This document shows, piece after piece, positions 1 to 8,616 of a DNA stretch of 32,000 nucleotides. Under the pieces are notes generated by a model that was not told the DNA's origin, ran no database searches, and worked only from the letters and a program-made list of their open reading frames with translations. The stretch spans positions 1,020,001 through 1,052,000 of the forward strand of contig NC_007205.1 in assembly GCF_000012345.1 (NCBI RefSeq), given 5' to 3'. The position numbers and the translations under genes are program-made. This DNA is from Candidatus Pelagibacter ubique HTCC1062. Lineage in GTDB: Bacteria > Pseudomonadota > Alphaproteobacteria > Pelagibacterales > Pelagibacteraceae. Position 1 is the first letter of the stretch, and each line of letters starts with the position of its first letter.

Positions 1-35
1 TAATTTTCATTTAAATAGTTTTTTTCACTAGACAT
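1..35 (-). CDS. 5' end of an unidentified CDS that runs off the window (MSSEKNYLNEN...)
   Basis: Minus-strand ATG at 35-33, 2 nt downstream of the rpiB stop, with the frame open to the window edge. Only 11 codons are visible, so no product call is possible. Confidence 0.3.
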   Translation of the reverse strand, partial: MSSEKNYLNEN

Positions 36-37
36 AA

Positions 38-463
38 TTAAATCTTTTTAATTCTTTTTGCGTGTCTTCCACCTTCAAACTTTGTATTTAAAAAAACGCT
101 TACACAATTTATAGCAGTTTTTTTAGTAAGAAGTCTTGAACCTAATGTAATGATATTTGCATTGTTATGCAATCTTGATAATTTAGTTGATTTCAAATTA
201 AAACACTGAGCGGCGCGTATATTTTTATGTCTATTTGCAGCAATATTCATTCCCATCCCAGAGCCACATACGAGTATGCCTGCATGATTATTGTTTGTTT
301 TAACTTTTTTAGCAACTTTATGAGCATAGTCTGGATAGTCAACACTTTCACTATTGAATGGACCTAAGTCTGTATAGTTAATTTTCTTTTTATCTAAATG
401 AAGTTTAATTAATTCTTTTAATTTATAGCCAGCGTGATCAGAGGATAAAAATATTTTTTTCAA
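38..463 (-). CDS. rpiB: Ribose-5-phosphate isomerase B (RpiB/LacAB family)
   Basis: 141 aa. N-terminal SSDHAGYKLK and central VCGSGMGMNIAANR motifs are typical of RpiB/LacAB sugar-phosphate isomerases. Confidence 0.9.
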   Translation of the reverse strand: MKKIFLSSDHAGYKLKELIKLHLDKKKINYTDLGPFNSESVDYPDYAHKVAKKVKTNNNHAGILVCGSGMGMNIAANRHKNIRAAQCFNLKSTKLSRLHNNANIITLGSRLLTKKTAINCVSVFLNTKFEGGRHAKRIKKI

Positions 464-464
464 T

Positions 465-1106
465 TTAATTAAACTTATAATCTAAAACACAGGCTACCAA
501 GTGAACTCTGTTTTCTTCACCACCATTAAAGGCATTATGGTATTTTACATTATTAGTTACCCACACTGAGCCATCAGCAGGCATATGTTTTGCGACATTA
601 TCAATAACCATTAAGCAACCAGGGTTTGTAATTATAGGTATATGTAACCTTGGCTCTGGATCTCTATGCCAACTCAATGTTGATCTTGGCTCCTTAAGTA
701 AAATTCTAACTCTACCTAATTTGTATTTTGAAGAAAGTGCATCAAATACTTCCTTGAAATAAGTGTTTTCATAGTCTGGTATAAATTCAGAGTATGCAGC
801 CTCATCTATTGAAACATCTCTAGTAACTTCTTTTCCTGATTTGTCTGGTTTTGTCCAGTAAGAGCCTCTAGCCTTACTTCCTTTAATAGAATCTGGATCT
901 CCAGGAATTTGTGTTAAACAAATAGCCCCAAAGTGAGCAATACCACCGCCATCATCAAATTTTCTTGTTTGAACAATTTGGTTATAAGCTTCTTGGAGTT
1001 TATTAATATCAAATTTAATATCTTGTTTTTGAAAATCACTAAAATCTAAAACTTTTTGATCTTTTTTTAGATCTAAGTCAATTATGTTTTTGTTGTCTAA
1101 GCTCAT
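465..1106 (-). CDS. Aspartyl/asparaginyl beta-hydroxylase-family (cupin) Fe(II)/2-oxoglutarate dioxygenase, substrate unknown
   Basis: 213 aa. C-terminal half reads WHRDPEPRLHIPIITNPGCLMVIDN...WVTNNVKYHNAFNGGEENRVHLV, matching the HxD...RLH(I/L)P...H..N....RvhL layout of the Asp/Asn beta-hydroxylase (LpxO-like) family. No signal peptide or TM segment. 1 nt upstream of rpiB. Confidence 0.6.
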   Translation of the reverse strand: MSLDNKNIIDLDLKKDQKVLDFSDFQKQDIKFDINKLQEAYNQIVQTRKFDDGGGIAHFGAICLTQIPGDPDSIKGSKARGSYWTKPDKSGKEVTRDVSIDEAAYSEFIPDYENTYFKEVFDALSSKYKLGRVRILLKEPRSTLSWHRDPEPRLHIPIITNPGCLMVIDNVAKHMPADGSVWVTNNVKYHNAFNGGEENRVHLVACVLDYKFN

Positions 1107-1178
1107 GCAGTTGTTTTCTACCTTTTTTAATATATATTTGTATAATACATTTGTCGCATTTTAAAAGCAGATTTAAAC

Positions 1179-2168
1179 ATGATTACAGGAAATTACCCAA
1201 ATTTAAGACTTAGACGTAGTCGTAAAAATGATTGGTCTAGAAGATTAGTTCAAGAAAATAGCCTGTCATCTAGCGATTTTATATTACCTATATTTTTGAT
1301 TGATGGAAAAAATATAAAACAATCCATTAAAACAATGCCTGATGTTTATAGATACACAATAGATAAACTTGGAATTATTGTTGATAGAGCAATCAAAAGC
1401 AAAATACCTATGGTTGCATTGTTCCCTTATACAAATAAAACAAAAAAAAATGAAATTGGAAGTGAGGCATTGAATGAAGACAATCTTGTTTGTAAGGCCA
1501 TTCGATATATTAAAAAAAGATATAAAAATGAAATTGGTATTATGTGTGATGTAGCTTTAGATCCTTATACCTCACATGGTCATGATGGTTTAATAAAATC
1601 AGGCTACGTGTTAAATGATGAAACTATTGAAGTATTAATAAATCAATCATTGTTACAAGCAGAAATTGGCTGTGATATTCTGGCTCCCTCAGACATGATG
1701 GATGGAAGAATAGGTAAAATAAGAAAAGCTTTAGATAAGGAGGGTCATGAAATGGTTCAACTACTTTCTTATGCAGTAAAATATGCTTCAAGTTTTTATG
1801 GTCCATTCAGAGATGCAGTTGGTTCTAAAGGTTTGTTAAAGGGTGATAAGAAAAATTATCAAATGGACTTTAGAAATAGCAATGAGGCAATAAGAGAAGT
1901 GGCGTTAGATATTAAAGAAGGAGCTGATATGGTTATGGTTAAACCCGGTATGCCCTATCTTGATATAATTAAAACAGTTAAAGATAATTTTAAAATTCCT
2001 GTTCTTGCTTACCAAGTATCAGGTGAATACTCACTATTAAGTAATAGTATCAAAAAAGGTCTAATAGATAAAAACTCAGTGTTAGAGAGCTTGATTGCTT
2101 TTAAAAGAGCCGGAGCAAACGCTATAGTAAGCTATTACGCAGATAGAATTGAAGATTTAATAAAATAA
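1179..2168 (+). CDS. hemB: Porphobilinogen synthase (delta-aminolevulinate dehydratase)
   Basis: 329 aa. Metal-site region CDVALDPYTSHGHDG is the Asp-rich Zn-independent/Mg type, not the Cys-rich Zn type. Schiff-base lysine contexts SYAVKYASSFYGPFR and MVMVKPG are present. Confidence 0.93.
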   Translation: MITGNYPNLRLRRSRKNDWSRRLVQENSLSSSDFILPIFLIDGKNIKQSIKTMPDVYRYTIDKLGIIVDRAIKSKIPMVALFPYTNKTKKNEIGSEALNEDNLVCKAIRYIKKRYKNEIGIMCDVALDPYTSHGHDGLIKSGYVLNDETIEVLINQSLLQAEIGCDILAPSDMMDGRIGKIRKALDKEGHEMVQLLSYAVKYASSFYGPFRDAVGSKGLLKGDKKNYQMDFRNSNEAIREVALDIKEGADMVMVKPGMPYLDIIKTVKDNFKIPVLAYQVSGEYSLLSNSIKKGLIDKNSVLESLIAFKRAGANAIVSYYADRIEDLIK

Positions 2169-2849
2169 CTATTTTAAAAGATTAATAAAATGAGTTCTAG
2201 AAGTAGGAAGATTTAAATTATTTGGTTTTAGAATACTTTTTTCAAGGTAATCACTAACAAGCTTGAGACCTTTAAGTAAATTTTTTAAATTAACATCCAT
2301 ATTATTTTCATCTATTAAAAAATTTGGAATACTTTTTTTTTCAGTTGAGGATTTAACGTAATAATTGACTTCACTATCAACAATTTCTTTTTCAGCCATA
2401 GTTTTTAATTCCAAATCATATCCCAATAATTTTAAAAGTTCTAACTCCCAGAAAATATATTTTTGAATCCAATTTTCAGAGTTTAATATTTCAAAAAATT
2501 TATCAATTAATTTAAAAATTTCTTTATTAGATTGTGCTTCAGCAGTAAGAAGTTTTATAAGGTGCATTGCCGATGTAATGCATGATAGTTTCTGATTTTG
2601 ATCGAAATAGAGCGGTGTTAAGGCTTTTAAAATCTCTATTTTGAAATAACCAATTCTAGTAACACTTTTAGAATTATAGTTTACATAAATCTTATTACCA
2701 ATTTGCAAGTAGTTTTTGATTTTCTTTGAAGTCCCACCAAAAATTATCCCTGAGATTTTTCCATGGTTTTCTGTAAAGACCTCAGCGATTATTGAATTTT
2801 CACTATATCTATTTTTAGAAACTAAATAAGCGCTATCGTCCCAATTCAT
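2169..2849 (-). CDS. recO: DNA repair protein RecO
   Basis: 226 aa. RecO-like N-terminal OB-fold region (DSAYLVSKNRYSENSIIAEVFTENHGKISGI) and position directly after rnc, as in conserved rnc-(era)-recO clusters. No C-terminal Cys4 zinc finger. ATGA overlap with the rnc stop. Confidence 0.75.
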   Translation of the reverse strand: MNWDDSAYLVSKNRYSENSIIAEVFTENHGKISGIIFGGTSKKIKNYLQIGNKIYVNYNSKSVTRIGYFKIEILKALTPLYFDQNQKLSCITSAMHLIKLLTAEAQSNKEIFKLIDKFFEILNSENWIQKYIFWELELLKLLGYDLELKTMAEKEIVDSEVNYYVKSSTEKKSIPNFLIDENNMDVNLKNLLKGLKLVSDYLEKSILKPNNLNLPTSRTHFINLLK

Positions 2850-3514
2850 TTTTTAAAAATATCCTGTAAACATAAAGAAGCAGCATTCTGCTCTGCATCT
2901 TTTTTAGAAGTTCCTTCTGCTGTAAAAAATTTAGTATTTTTTAATTTAACGGCAACTTTAAAAAGAGGTTTATGTCGGGGCCCTGTATTTGAGATTAGTT
3001 TATAAATAGGCAAAACTTTGAAAATTTTAAGTGAGTATTCTTGTAGTTTTGTCTTAGCATCAATTTGAGTTATAACACTTGCTGTAATATGTTCGCTCCA
3101 TAAATTAAGAATAAATCTTTCAGTAAAATTTAAACCTTTATCAAGATAGATCGCTCCGATTAAGGCCTCTAAACAATCTGCTACAATTTTATCTTCAATT
3201 TCAATTTTTTTATTCTTGGGGTTTAAAACTAAAATATATTTCTCTAGTTCTATTTTTTTTGCAATTTCTAAACATTTTTTTTTATTTACCAATGAAGCAA
3301 ATTTTTTATCTAACACCCCTTCTTTTTCATCAGGATAAAGTTCTAGTAATTTTTTTGCAATAATAAGACCTAAAACTCTATCCCCTAAGAATTCAATCTT
3401 TTCATTGTTGTTTATTGAGTCAAAACTTTTATGGGTTAAACTCTTAATAAAAATTTTTTGATCAGAAAACTTTAACTTTAATTTTTTTTCTAATTTTATG
3501 GGGTTAGTTTTCAT
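2846..3514 (-). CDS. rnc: Ribonuclease III
   Basis: 222 aa. RNase III signature EKIEFLGDRVLGL, second catalytic region DCLEALIGAIYLD, and C-terminal dsRNA-binding domain (GPRHKPLFKVAV...AEGTSKKDAEQNAA). Confidence 0.92.
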   Translation of the reverse strand: MKTNPIKLEKKLKLKFSDQKIFIKSLTHKSFDSINNNEKIEFLGDRVLGLIIAKKLLELYPDEKEGVLDKKFASLVNKKKCLEIAKKIELEKYILVLNPKNKKIEIEDKIVADCLEALIGAIYLDKGLNFTERFILNLWSEHITASVITQIDAKTKLQEYSLKIFKVLPIYKLISNTGPRHKPLFKVAVKLKNTKFFTAEGTSKKDAEQNAASLCLQDIFKK

Positions 3515-4248
3515 TAAATAATTTTCTTAAAAAACCTGTCGAGTCTAATTGTCTTATGCCATTTCCAAAAAGAAAAAATATTTCCAATTCTAAAATCGGA
3601 TGAAAAAAAAATAAATTGAGCTTTACCGACTAAATTATCTTCATGTACATATCCAACACTAGTCAAATATCTACTATCTTTAGAACAGTCTCTATTATCT
3701 CCTAAAAAAAAGTAGTGTTGAGGCGGAACTATAAAGTTATCTGAACTTTGAAAACTATAACTTTTTAAATATACACTATTATGTGTTTTGCCGTTTGGAA
3801 GCTTTTCTTCAAATGTATTAACATCTATTGTTTGATTTCCACAATAAATTTTATCCTTTTGAGAAATTCTAGATTTTAATATTTGATTATTATTTACGAA
3901 TAAATCGCCGTTAATAAATTGAACATTGTCACCTGGGAGACCAATTAATCTTTTAATATAATCAGTTCTGTTATCAGCTGGTGTTTTAAAAACAATAATA
4001 TCTCCAACCTTAGGTTTATTATAAAATAGTCTTCCATTTATTATTGGTGGACTAAAAGGAAAAGAATGCTTGCTATAACCATAAGAATATTTCGTAACAA
4101 ACAATCTATCACCAATTAATAACGTTGGTTCCATTGATGATGAAGGAATATAAAAAGGCTGAATAAAAAGAGATCTAATAACAATAGCTATAACTAAAGC
4201 ATAAAAAATTGTTTTAATATTATCGATTATAATTTTTTTTGATATCAT
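3514..4248 (-). CDS. lepB: Signal peptidase I
   Basis: 244 aa. N-terminal TM helix, catalytic Ser box IPSSSMEPTL, Lys box YIKRLIGLPGD, and GDNRDCSKDSR box. Confidence 0.92.
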   Translation of the reverse strand: MISKKIIIDNIKTIFYALVIAIVIRSLFIQPFYIPSSSMEPTLLIGDRLFVTKYSYGYSKHSFPFSPPIINGRLFYNKPKVGDIIVFKTPADNRTDYIKRLIGLPGDNVQFINGDLFVNNNQILKSRISQKDKIYCGNQTIDVNTFEEKLPNGKTHNSVYLKSYSFQSSDNFIVPPQHYFFLGDNRDCSKDSRYLTSVGYVHEDNLVGKAQFIFFSSDFRIGNIFSFWKWHKTIRLDRFFKKII

Positions 4249-4631
4249 TTTTTTTGTAAAATCACGTAGGCTACAGAATATTTTTTTTCATCTGAAATTG
4301 ACAGAAAGAAATTAAAGGATGATATTTTAAATCTCTTTTTAACAATTTTTTTTATTTTGTCTGTGACCACAAATGAGGGTTTACCTAACTTATCGTTAAT
4401 TACAGTTATATCCTTAAAATTCAAATTCTCTCTAAAACCAGTTCCAATTGCTTTAGAAAATGCTTCTTTGGCAGCAAATCTTTTAGAATAAAAAGATTTT
4501 TTATTAGTTATTTTTTTTGCTAACAATATTTCTGAGCTAGAAAAAACTCTTTTAATAAAATTAACATTTTTTAAAGATTTATGTATTCTAATATTTTCTA
4601 CTATATCAACACCAATACCTAGAATTTTCAT
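4245..4631 (-). CDS. acpS: Holo-[acyl-carrier-protein] synthase
   Basis: 128 aa. GIGVDIVE N-terminus and FAAKEAFSKA motif of AcpS-type 4'-phosphopantetheinyl transferases. 4-nt overlap with lepB. Confidence 0.88.
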   Translation of the reverse strand: MKILGIGVDIVENIRIHKSLKNVNFIKRVFSSSEILLAKKITNKKSFYSKRFAAKEAFSKAIGTGFRENLNFKDITVINDKLGKPSFVVTDKIKKIVKKRFKISSFNFFLSISDEKKYSVAYVILQKK

Positions 4632-4633
4632 AT

Positions 4634-5353
4634 TTATTTATTGGTTATTTCTTTAAATATTGTAATGGTTTTTTTTAAACCATGAGTAAGTGACTCACCA
4701 ATTATAAAATGACCAATATTAAATTCCGTAATTTCTTTAATTTTACTTAGTATAGAGGTAGTTTTGTAGTCAAGACCATGACCTGCATGAACCTCGATAC
4801 CAAGTTTAACGCCCAGTTCTGAACATTTTTTTATTTTTAAATATTCATTTTTATAACTTTTATTTTCTTTTATTAAATTTGAAATTTTTCCTGTATGTAG
4901 CTCAACACAAGTAGCATTTAATTCTTTTGCAATTTTTATATCTTTTAAGTTTGGGTCAATAAATAGACTTGTTCTAATACTCTTCTTATTAAATAATGAT
5001 ATTATAGATTTAATTTTTTTCTTATTTTTAATTAAATTTAATCCACCTTCTGTTGTCACCTCTTTTCTTTTTTCAGGAACTATACAAATGAAATTAGGTC
5101 TATTCTTTAATGCTATATCAATTATTTCTTTGTTGAGTGAAATTTCTAAATTGGTAATTATTTTTCTACTTTTACAAATTTTAACAACATCAGAATCTTT
5201 TATATGTCTTCTGTCTTCTCTTAAATGAATGGTAACTGAATGTGCTCCACATTTAATTACGTGTTTGGCAATAGTAAATGGGTCAGGATGAAAAGATCCT
5301 CTTGCATTTCTAACTGTAGCAACATGATCAATATTAACTCCTAGTCTTTTCAT
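4634..5353 (-). CDS. pdxJ: Pyridoxine 5'-phosphate synthase
   Basis: 239 aa. LGVNIDHVATVRNARG, HLREDRRHI and EVHAGHGL motifs are characteristic of PdxJ. Confidence 0.93.
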   Translation of the reverse strand: MKRLGVNIDHVATVRNARGSFHPDPFTIAKHVIKCGAHSVTIHLREDRRHIKDSDVVKICKSRKIITNLEISLNKEIIDIALKNRPNFICIVPEKRKEVTTEGGLNLIKNKKKIKSIISLFNKKSIRTSLFIDPNLKDIKIAKELNATCVELHTGKISNLIKENKSYKNEYLKIKKCSELGVKLGIEVHAGHGLDYKTTSILSKIKEITEFNIGHFIIGESLTHGLKKTITIFKEITNK

Positions 5354-5952
5354 TTAATAAATCTACTTCCTGGTACTGTAATTGGAGTATTTTTAAGACT
5401 TTCAGGTAATTTATTAGTCTTAAATGTTGGAACATCTATCTTCATATGAGAGATAATATTTTTTTTTATTTTTAATGAATTTTTGGTTGATCTGTCAATA
5501 ATTGAAGCAAAACCAATAAGTTTTGCACCAGGTTTTGTTATTAATTTAACACACTCTAAACTCGATTTACCAGTTGTTATAACGTCTTCGATTATTAAAA
5601 CTTTTGATCCTTTTTTTATATGAAAACCTCGTCTTAAAGCAAATTTGCCATTAACTCTTTCACAAAAAATTGTTTCTTTTTTTAAAATTTTACCAATTTC
5701 ATAACCAATAATAACTCCACCCATTGCCGGAGCTAAAATCAAATCTATAGATTTAAATTTTTTTTTAATTTTTTTTGCTAATGAATTACAAATATCTTTT
5801 GCCAAATGTGGAAAACTTAAAAGTTTGGCACATTGAATATATTTAGGTGAATGCAAACCTGATGATAGAACAAAATGACCTTCTAAAAGAGCATTAGTTT
5901 TTTTTAAAATATTTAAAGATTTTTTGTGTGAAAGCATTTCTTTTTTCCTCAT
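5350..5952 (-). CDS. pyrE: Orotate phosphoribosyltransferase
   Basis: 200 aa. GHFVLSSGLHSPKYIQ N-terminal motif and PRPP-binding loop VLIIEDVITTGKS. Start is ATG at 5952 or 5937, and both overlap the spoT 3' end. Confidence 0.88.
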   Translation of the reverse strand: MRKKEMLSHKKSLNILKKTNALLEGHFVLSSGLHSPKYIQCAKLLSFPHLAKDICNSLAKKIKKKFKSIDLILAPAMGGVIIGYEIGKILKKETIFCERVNGKFALRRGFHIKKGSKVLIIEDVITTGKSSLECVKLITKPGAKLIGFASIIDRSTKNSLKIKKNIISHMKIDVPTFKTNKLPESLKNTPITVPGSRFIK

Positions 5953-7639
5953 GTCTAATGATTTTAAATTTAATATCTTTTTGTTTTAGCTCACTAATAA
6001 AATTTGTAAAGTTTTTCAAGTCTCTAATAATAAGGTTAAATCTGAAGTTAATATAATCTTTAGTTTTTTCTTTCATCTCTACACTGGATATATTCAGTTT
6101 ATGAGAGCCTAATGATGTGGTTATTTCACCAAGTTTACCAGGTTGATCTGGGAGAGAAATCCAAAGTGTTGTATTGTATTTTTTTATTCTTTCCTCTTTT
6201 TGTTCACCTTTAGAATGCCAGTATCTTCTAATAGCAGCTCTTGCTTTTCCAGTTTTTGTAATTGGTATCCAATGCAATGATGGTGATTTATTTTTAGAGG
6301 TTATGATTTCAACTACGTCACCGTTATAAAGTATGTTTTGTAATTCACTGTCATTACCGTTAATTTTACAAGATATTGCATGATCGCCAACTTTTGTATG
6401 AACAGCATATGCAAAATCTATTGGTGTTGCATCTTTTGGCAATTTGATAACTAAGCCTTTTGGTGTAAAGCAAAAAACATTTTCTTGAAACATTTGTAGT
6501 TTTGTATACTCAAAAAAATGTTCAGGGTTTTCATTTTTACCAATAATTTCCACAAGGTCGGCTAACCAGTCATATTCTTTCCATGTTAATGAATCAAATT
6601 TTTCAGATGATTTATATTTCCAATGGGATGCAATACCTCTTTCTGCAAATTCATGCATTGGCATAGTTCTTATTTGAATTTCAATAGGTCTTCTATTTGG
6701 ACCTATCACAGCTGTGTGCAATGACTGATAATTGTTTATTTTTGGTGATGATATATAATCTTTAAATTTTCCTGGTATACAATTCCAGTGTTGATGAAAA
6801 ATTCCTAATGCTTTATAGCAATCTTCTCCACTATTAAGAATAACTCTAAATCCAATTATGTCTGTAATTTGCTCTAATGATGTTCTTTTTTTTTGAACTT
6901 TTCTCCATATAGAAAATGGAGTTTTTTCTCTTCCAAAAATTTCAGCATTAATCTTATGTTCGTTTAAAAGCTCACTTAATTGTAAAGAAATAGAATTAAA
7001 ACTATTTACTTTGTCTTCTTTAATTTCGTCTAATCTTTTTTTAATAAGTTCACGTGCTTCATTATTCAAAACTTTAAATGATAAGTCTTCAAGTTCATCT
7101 CTAATTCTATGCATGCCCATTCTATCTGCTAAAGGAGCATAAATTTCCATTGTCTCTCTCGCTATACGTTCTTTTTTTTCAACTTTAGATATAGCATCAA
7201 TAGTTCTCATATTATGTAAACGATCTGCCAGCTTTACAAGTAATACTCTTATGTCTTTTGATGTAGCTAAGATTAATTTTCTAAAGTTTTCTGCTTTAGA
7301 TGATGATGTTGCTTGGTTTTCAAAAACAGAAATTTTGGTTACACCATCTACAAGATTAGCAATCTCTTCTCCAAATTCATCTTTAATATTTTCATAAGTT
7401 GCGTGAGTATCCTCAATCGTATCATGTAAAAGCCCTGTAACAATAGTAGCACTGTCTAACTCTAGCTCACTAAGTATTGAAGCAACAGCTATAGGGTGAT
7501 TTGAATAAGGATCACCTGAATCACGTTTTTGGTTTTCATGAGCTTTAACAGCATAATTATATGCTTTACTTAATTTTTCTGGATTTAAAAATTTATTATA
7601 AGTTTTAACTTTATTTATTAACTCTTCTGAATTAATCAT
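5894..7639 (-). CDS. spoT: Bifunctional (p)ppGpp synthetase/hydrolase (RelA/SpoT homologue), compact 581-aa form
   Basis: HD hydrolase motifs (HPIAVASIL...LLHDTIEDT). Synthetase motifs (GREKTPFSIWRKV, DIIGFRVIL, YQSLHTAV, EIQIRTMPMHEFAERG). TGS domain (FCFTPKGLVIKLPKDATPIDFAYAVHTKVG). C-terminal ACT-like domain (LPDQPGKLGEITTSLG). Confidence 0.9.
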   Translation of the reverse strand: MINSEELINKVKTYNKFLNPEKLSKAYNYAVKAHENQKRDSGDPYSNHPIAVASILSELELDSATIVTGLLHDTIEDTHATYENIKDEFGEEIANLVDGVTKISVFENQATSSSKAENFRKLILATSKDIRVLLVKLADRLHNMRTIDAISKVEKKERIARETMEIYAPLADRMGMHRIRDELEDLSFKVLNNEARELIKKRLDEIKEDKVNSFNSISLQLSELLNEHKINAEIFGREKTPFSIWRKVQKKRTSLEQITDIIGFRVILNSGEDCYKALGIFHQHWNCIPGKFKDYISSPKINNYQSLHTAVIGPNRRPIEIQIRTMPMHEFAERGIASHWKYKSSEKFDSLTWKEYDWLADLVEIIGKNENPEHFFEYTKLQMFQENVFCFTPKGLVIKLPKDATPIDFAYAVHTKVGDHAISCKINGNDSELQNILYNGDVVEIITSKNKSPSLHWIPITKTGKARAAIRRYWHSKGEQKEERIKKYNTTLWISLPDQPGKLGEITTSLGSHKLNISSVEMKEKTKDYINFRFNLIIRDLKNFTNFISELKQKDIKFKIIRHEEKRNAFTQKIFKYFKKN

Positions 7640-7658
7640 TTTTAACTATAACATCAAT

Positions 7659-8219
7659 TTATATTTGTTTAATAGATCTTAAATCTTTAATTGATAAAGA
7701 ATTAATTAAATTTACTATATTAATCTTAGATTCTGGATGCTTCCAACTTCTGTTTATCTCAAATAATGGTAACAATACAAAATTTCTCTTGGTCATCTCT
7801 GGATGAGGTATTATTAATTTGTCACTATTTATATTCAAAATTTTTTTATCATAATCAATTATATCAATATCACATGTTCGTGGAGCATTTTTTTTTAGTC
7901 TAACCCTGCCTAATTTTAATTCAATATTGTTACAAATTTCTAATAATTCTAAAGGTGTTAAGATTGTCTCGATTTCTATTACAATATTTATGAAACTTGG
8001 CATTAAAGGATTTGGCCAAGATTTTGATAAATAGTGAGATGAAACTTTTTTTATCTTAATTTTATTTTTCTTAAGTTCAGACAAGGCTATATGAATGTTG
8101 GTAATTTTATTACCTAAATTTGATCCTATTGCTAAATATGATTGTTTAACTTGATTTTCTAATATGTCTTGCTTTTTCACGATTCCAGTCTCTATTTTTT
8201 TTAGTAGCTCTTTTATCAA
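7659..8219 (-). CDS. folK: 2-amino-4-hydroxy-6-hydroxymethyldihydropteridine diphosphokinase
   Basis: [10 protein letters not shown] near the N-terminus, RTCDIDIID and [16 protein letters not shown] motifs of HPPK. The only ATG is at 8219 (74-nt overlap with smpB). An in-frame GTG at 8180 would give a 35-nt overlap. Confidence 0.88.
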
Positions 8220-8616
8220 ATTGTTTTTTACCTTTTGCTACTGCTATTTCTATTTTAGCTTTTCCTTTTTTAAAATACATCTTTGTTGGAACAAGTGTAA
8301 AGCCATCCCTCTGCATTTTACCAATTAATTTGTTAATTTCCTTTTTGTTTAATAATAATTTTCGTTCATCTGTTGGATTGTGATTTGAATAACTGGCTTG
8401 CTTAAATGCAGCGATATGAGAGTTAATTAAAACTATTTCACCGTCTTTCTCTACAGCATAAGAGTCTGCAATATTAACTTTTCCATCTCTAATTGATTTA
8501 ATCTCAGACCCTTTAAGAACTATCCCAGCTTCAATTAAGTCTTCAAAAAAAAAATTAAAACTTGCTTTTCTATTTAAGCAAATAATTTTTAAACCAGGAT
8601 TGGCTTTCTTGTTCAT
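8146..8616 (-). CDS. smpB: SsrA(tmRNA)-binding protein
   Basis: 156 aa. [37 protein letters not shown] and a basic C-terminal tail ([16 protein letters not shown]) are typical of SmpB. Confidence 0.92.

Noticed and set aside
1107-1178. Largest intergenic gap (72 nt, dioxygenase/hemB divergent), examined for a riboswitch, sRNA or repeat
   Set aside because: Too short and too AT-rich to form a structured RNA, and I saw no conserved-looking motif. It is most simply two back-to-back promoters.
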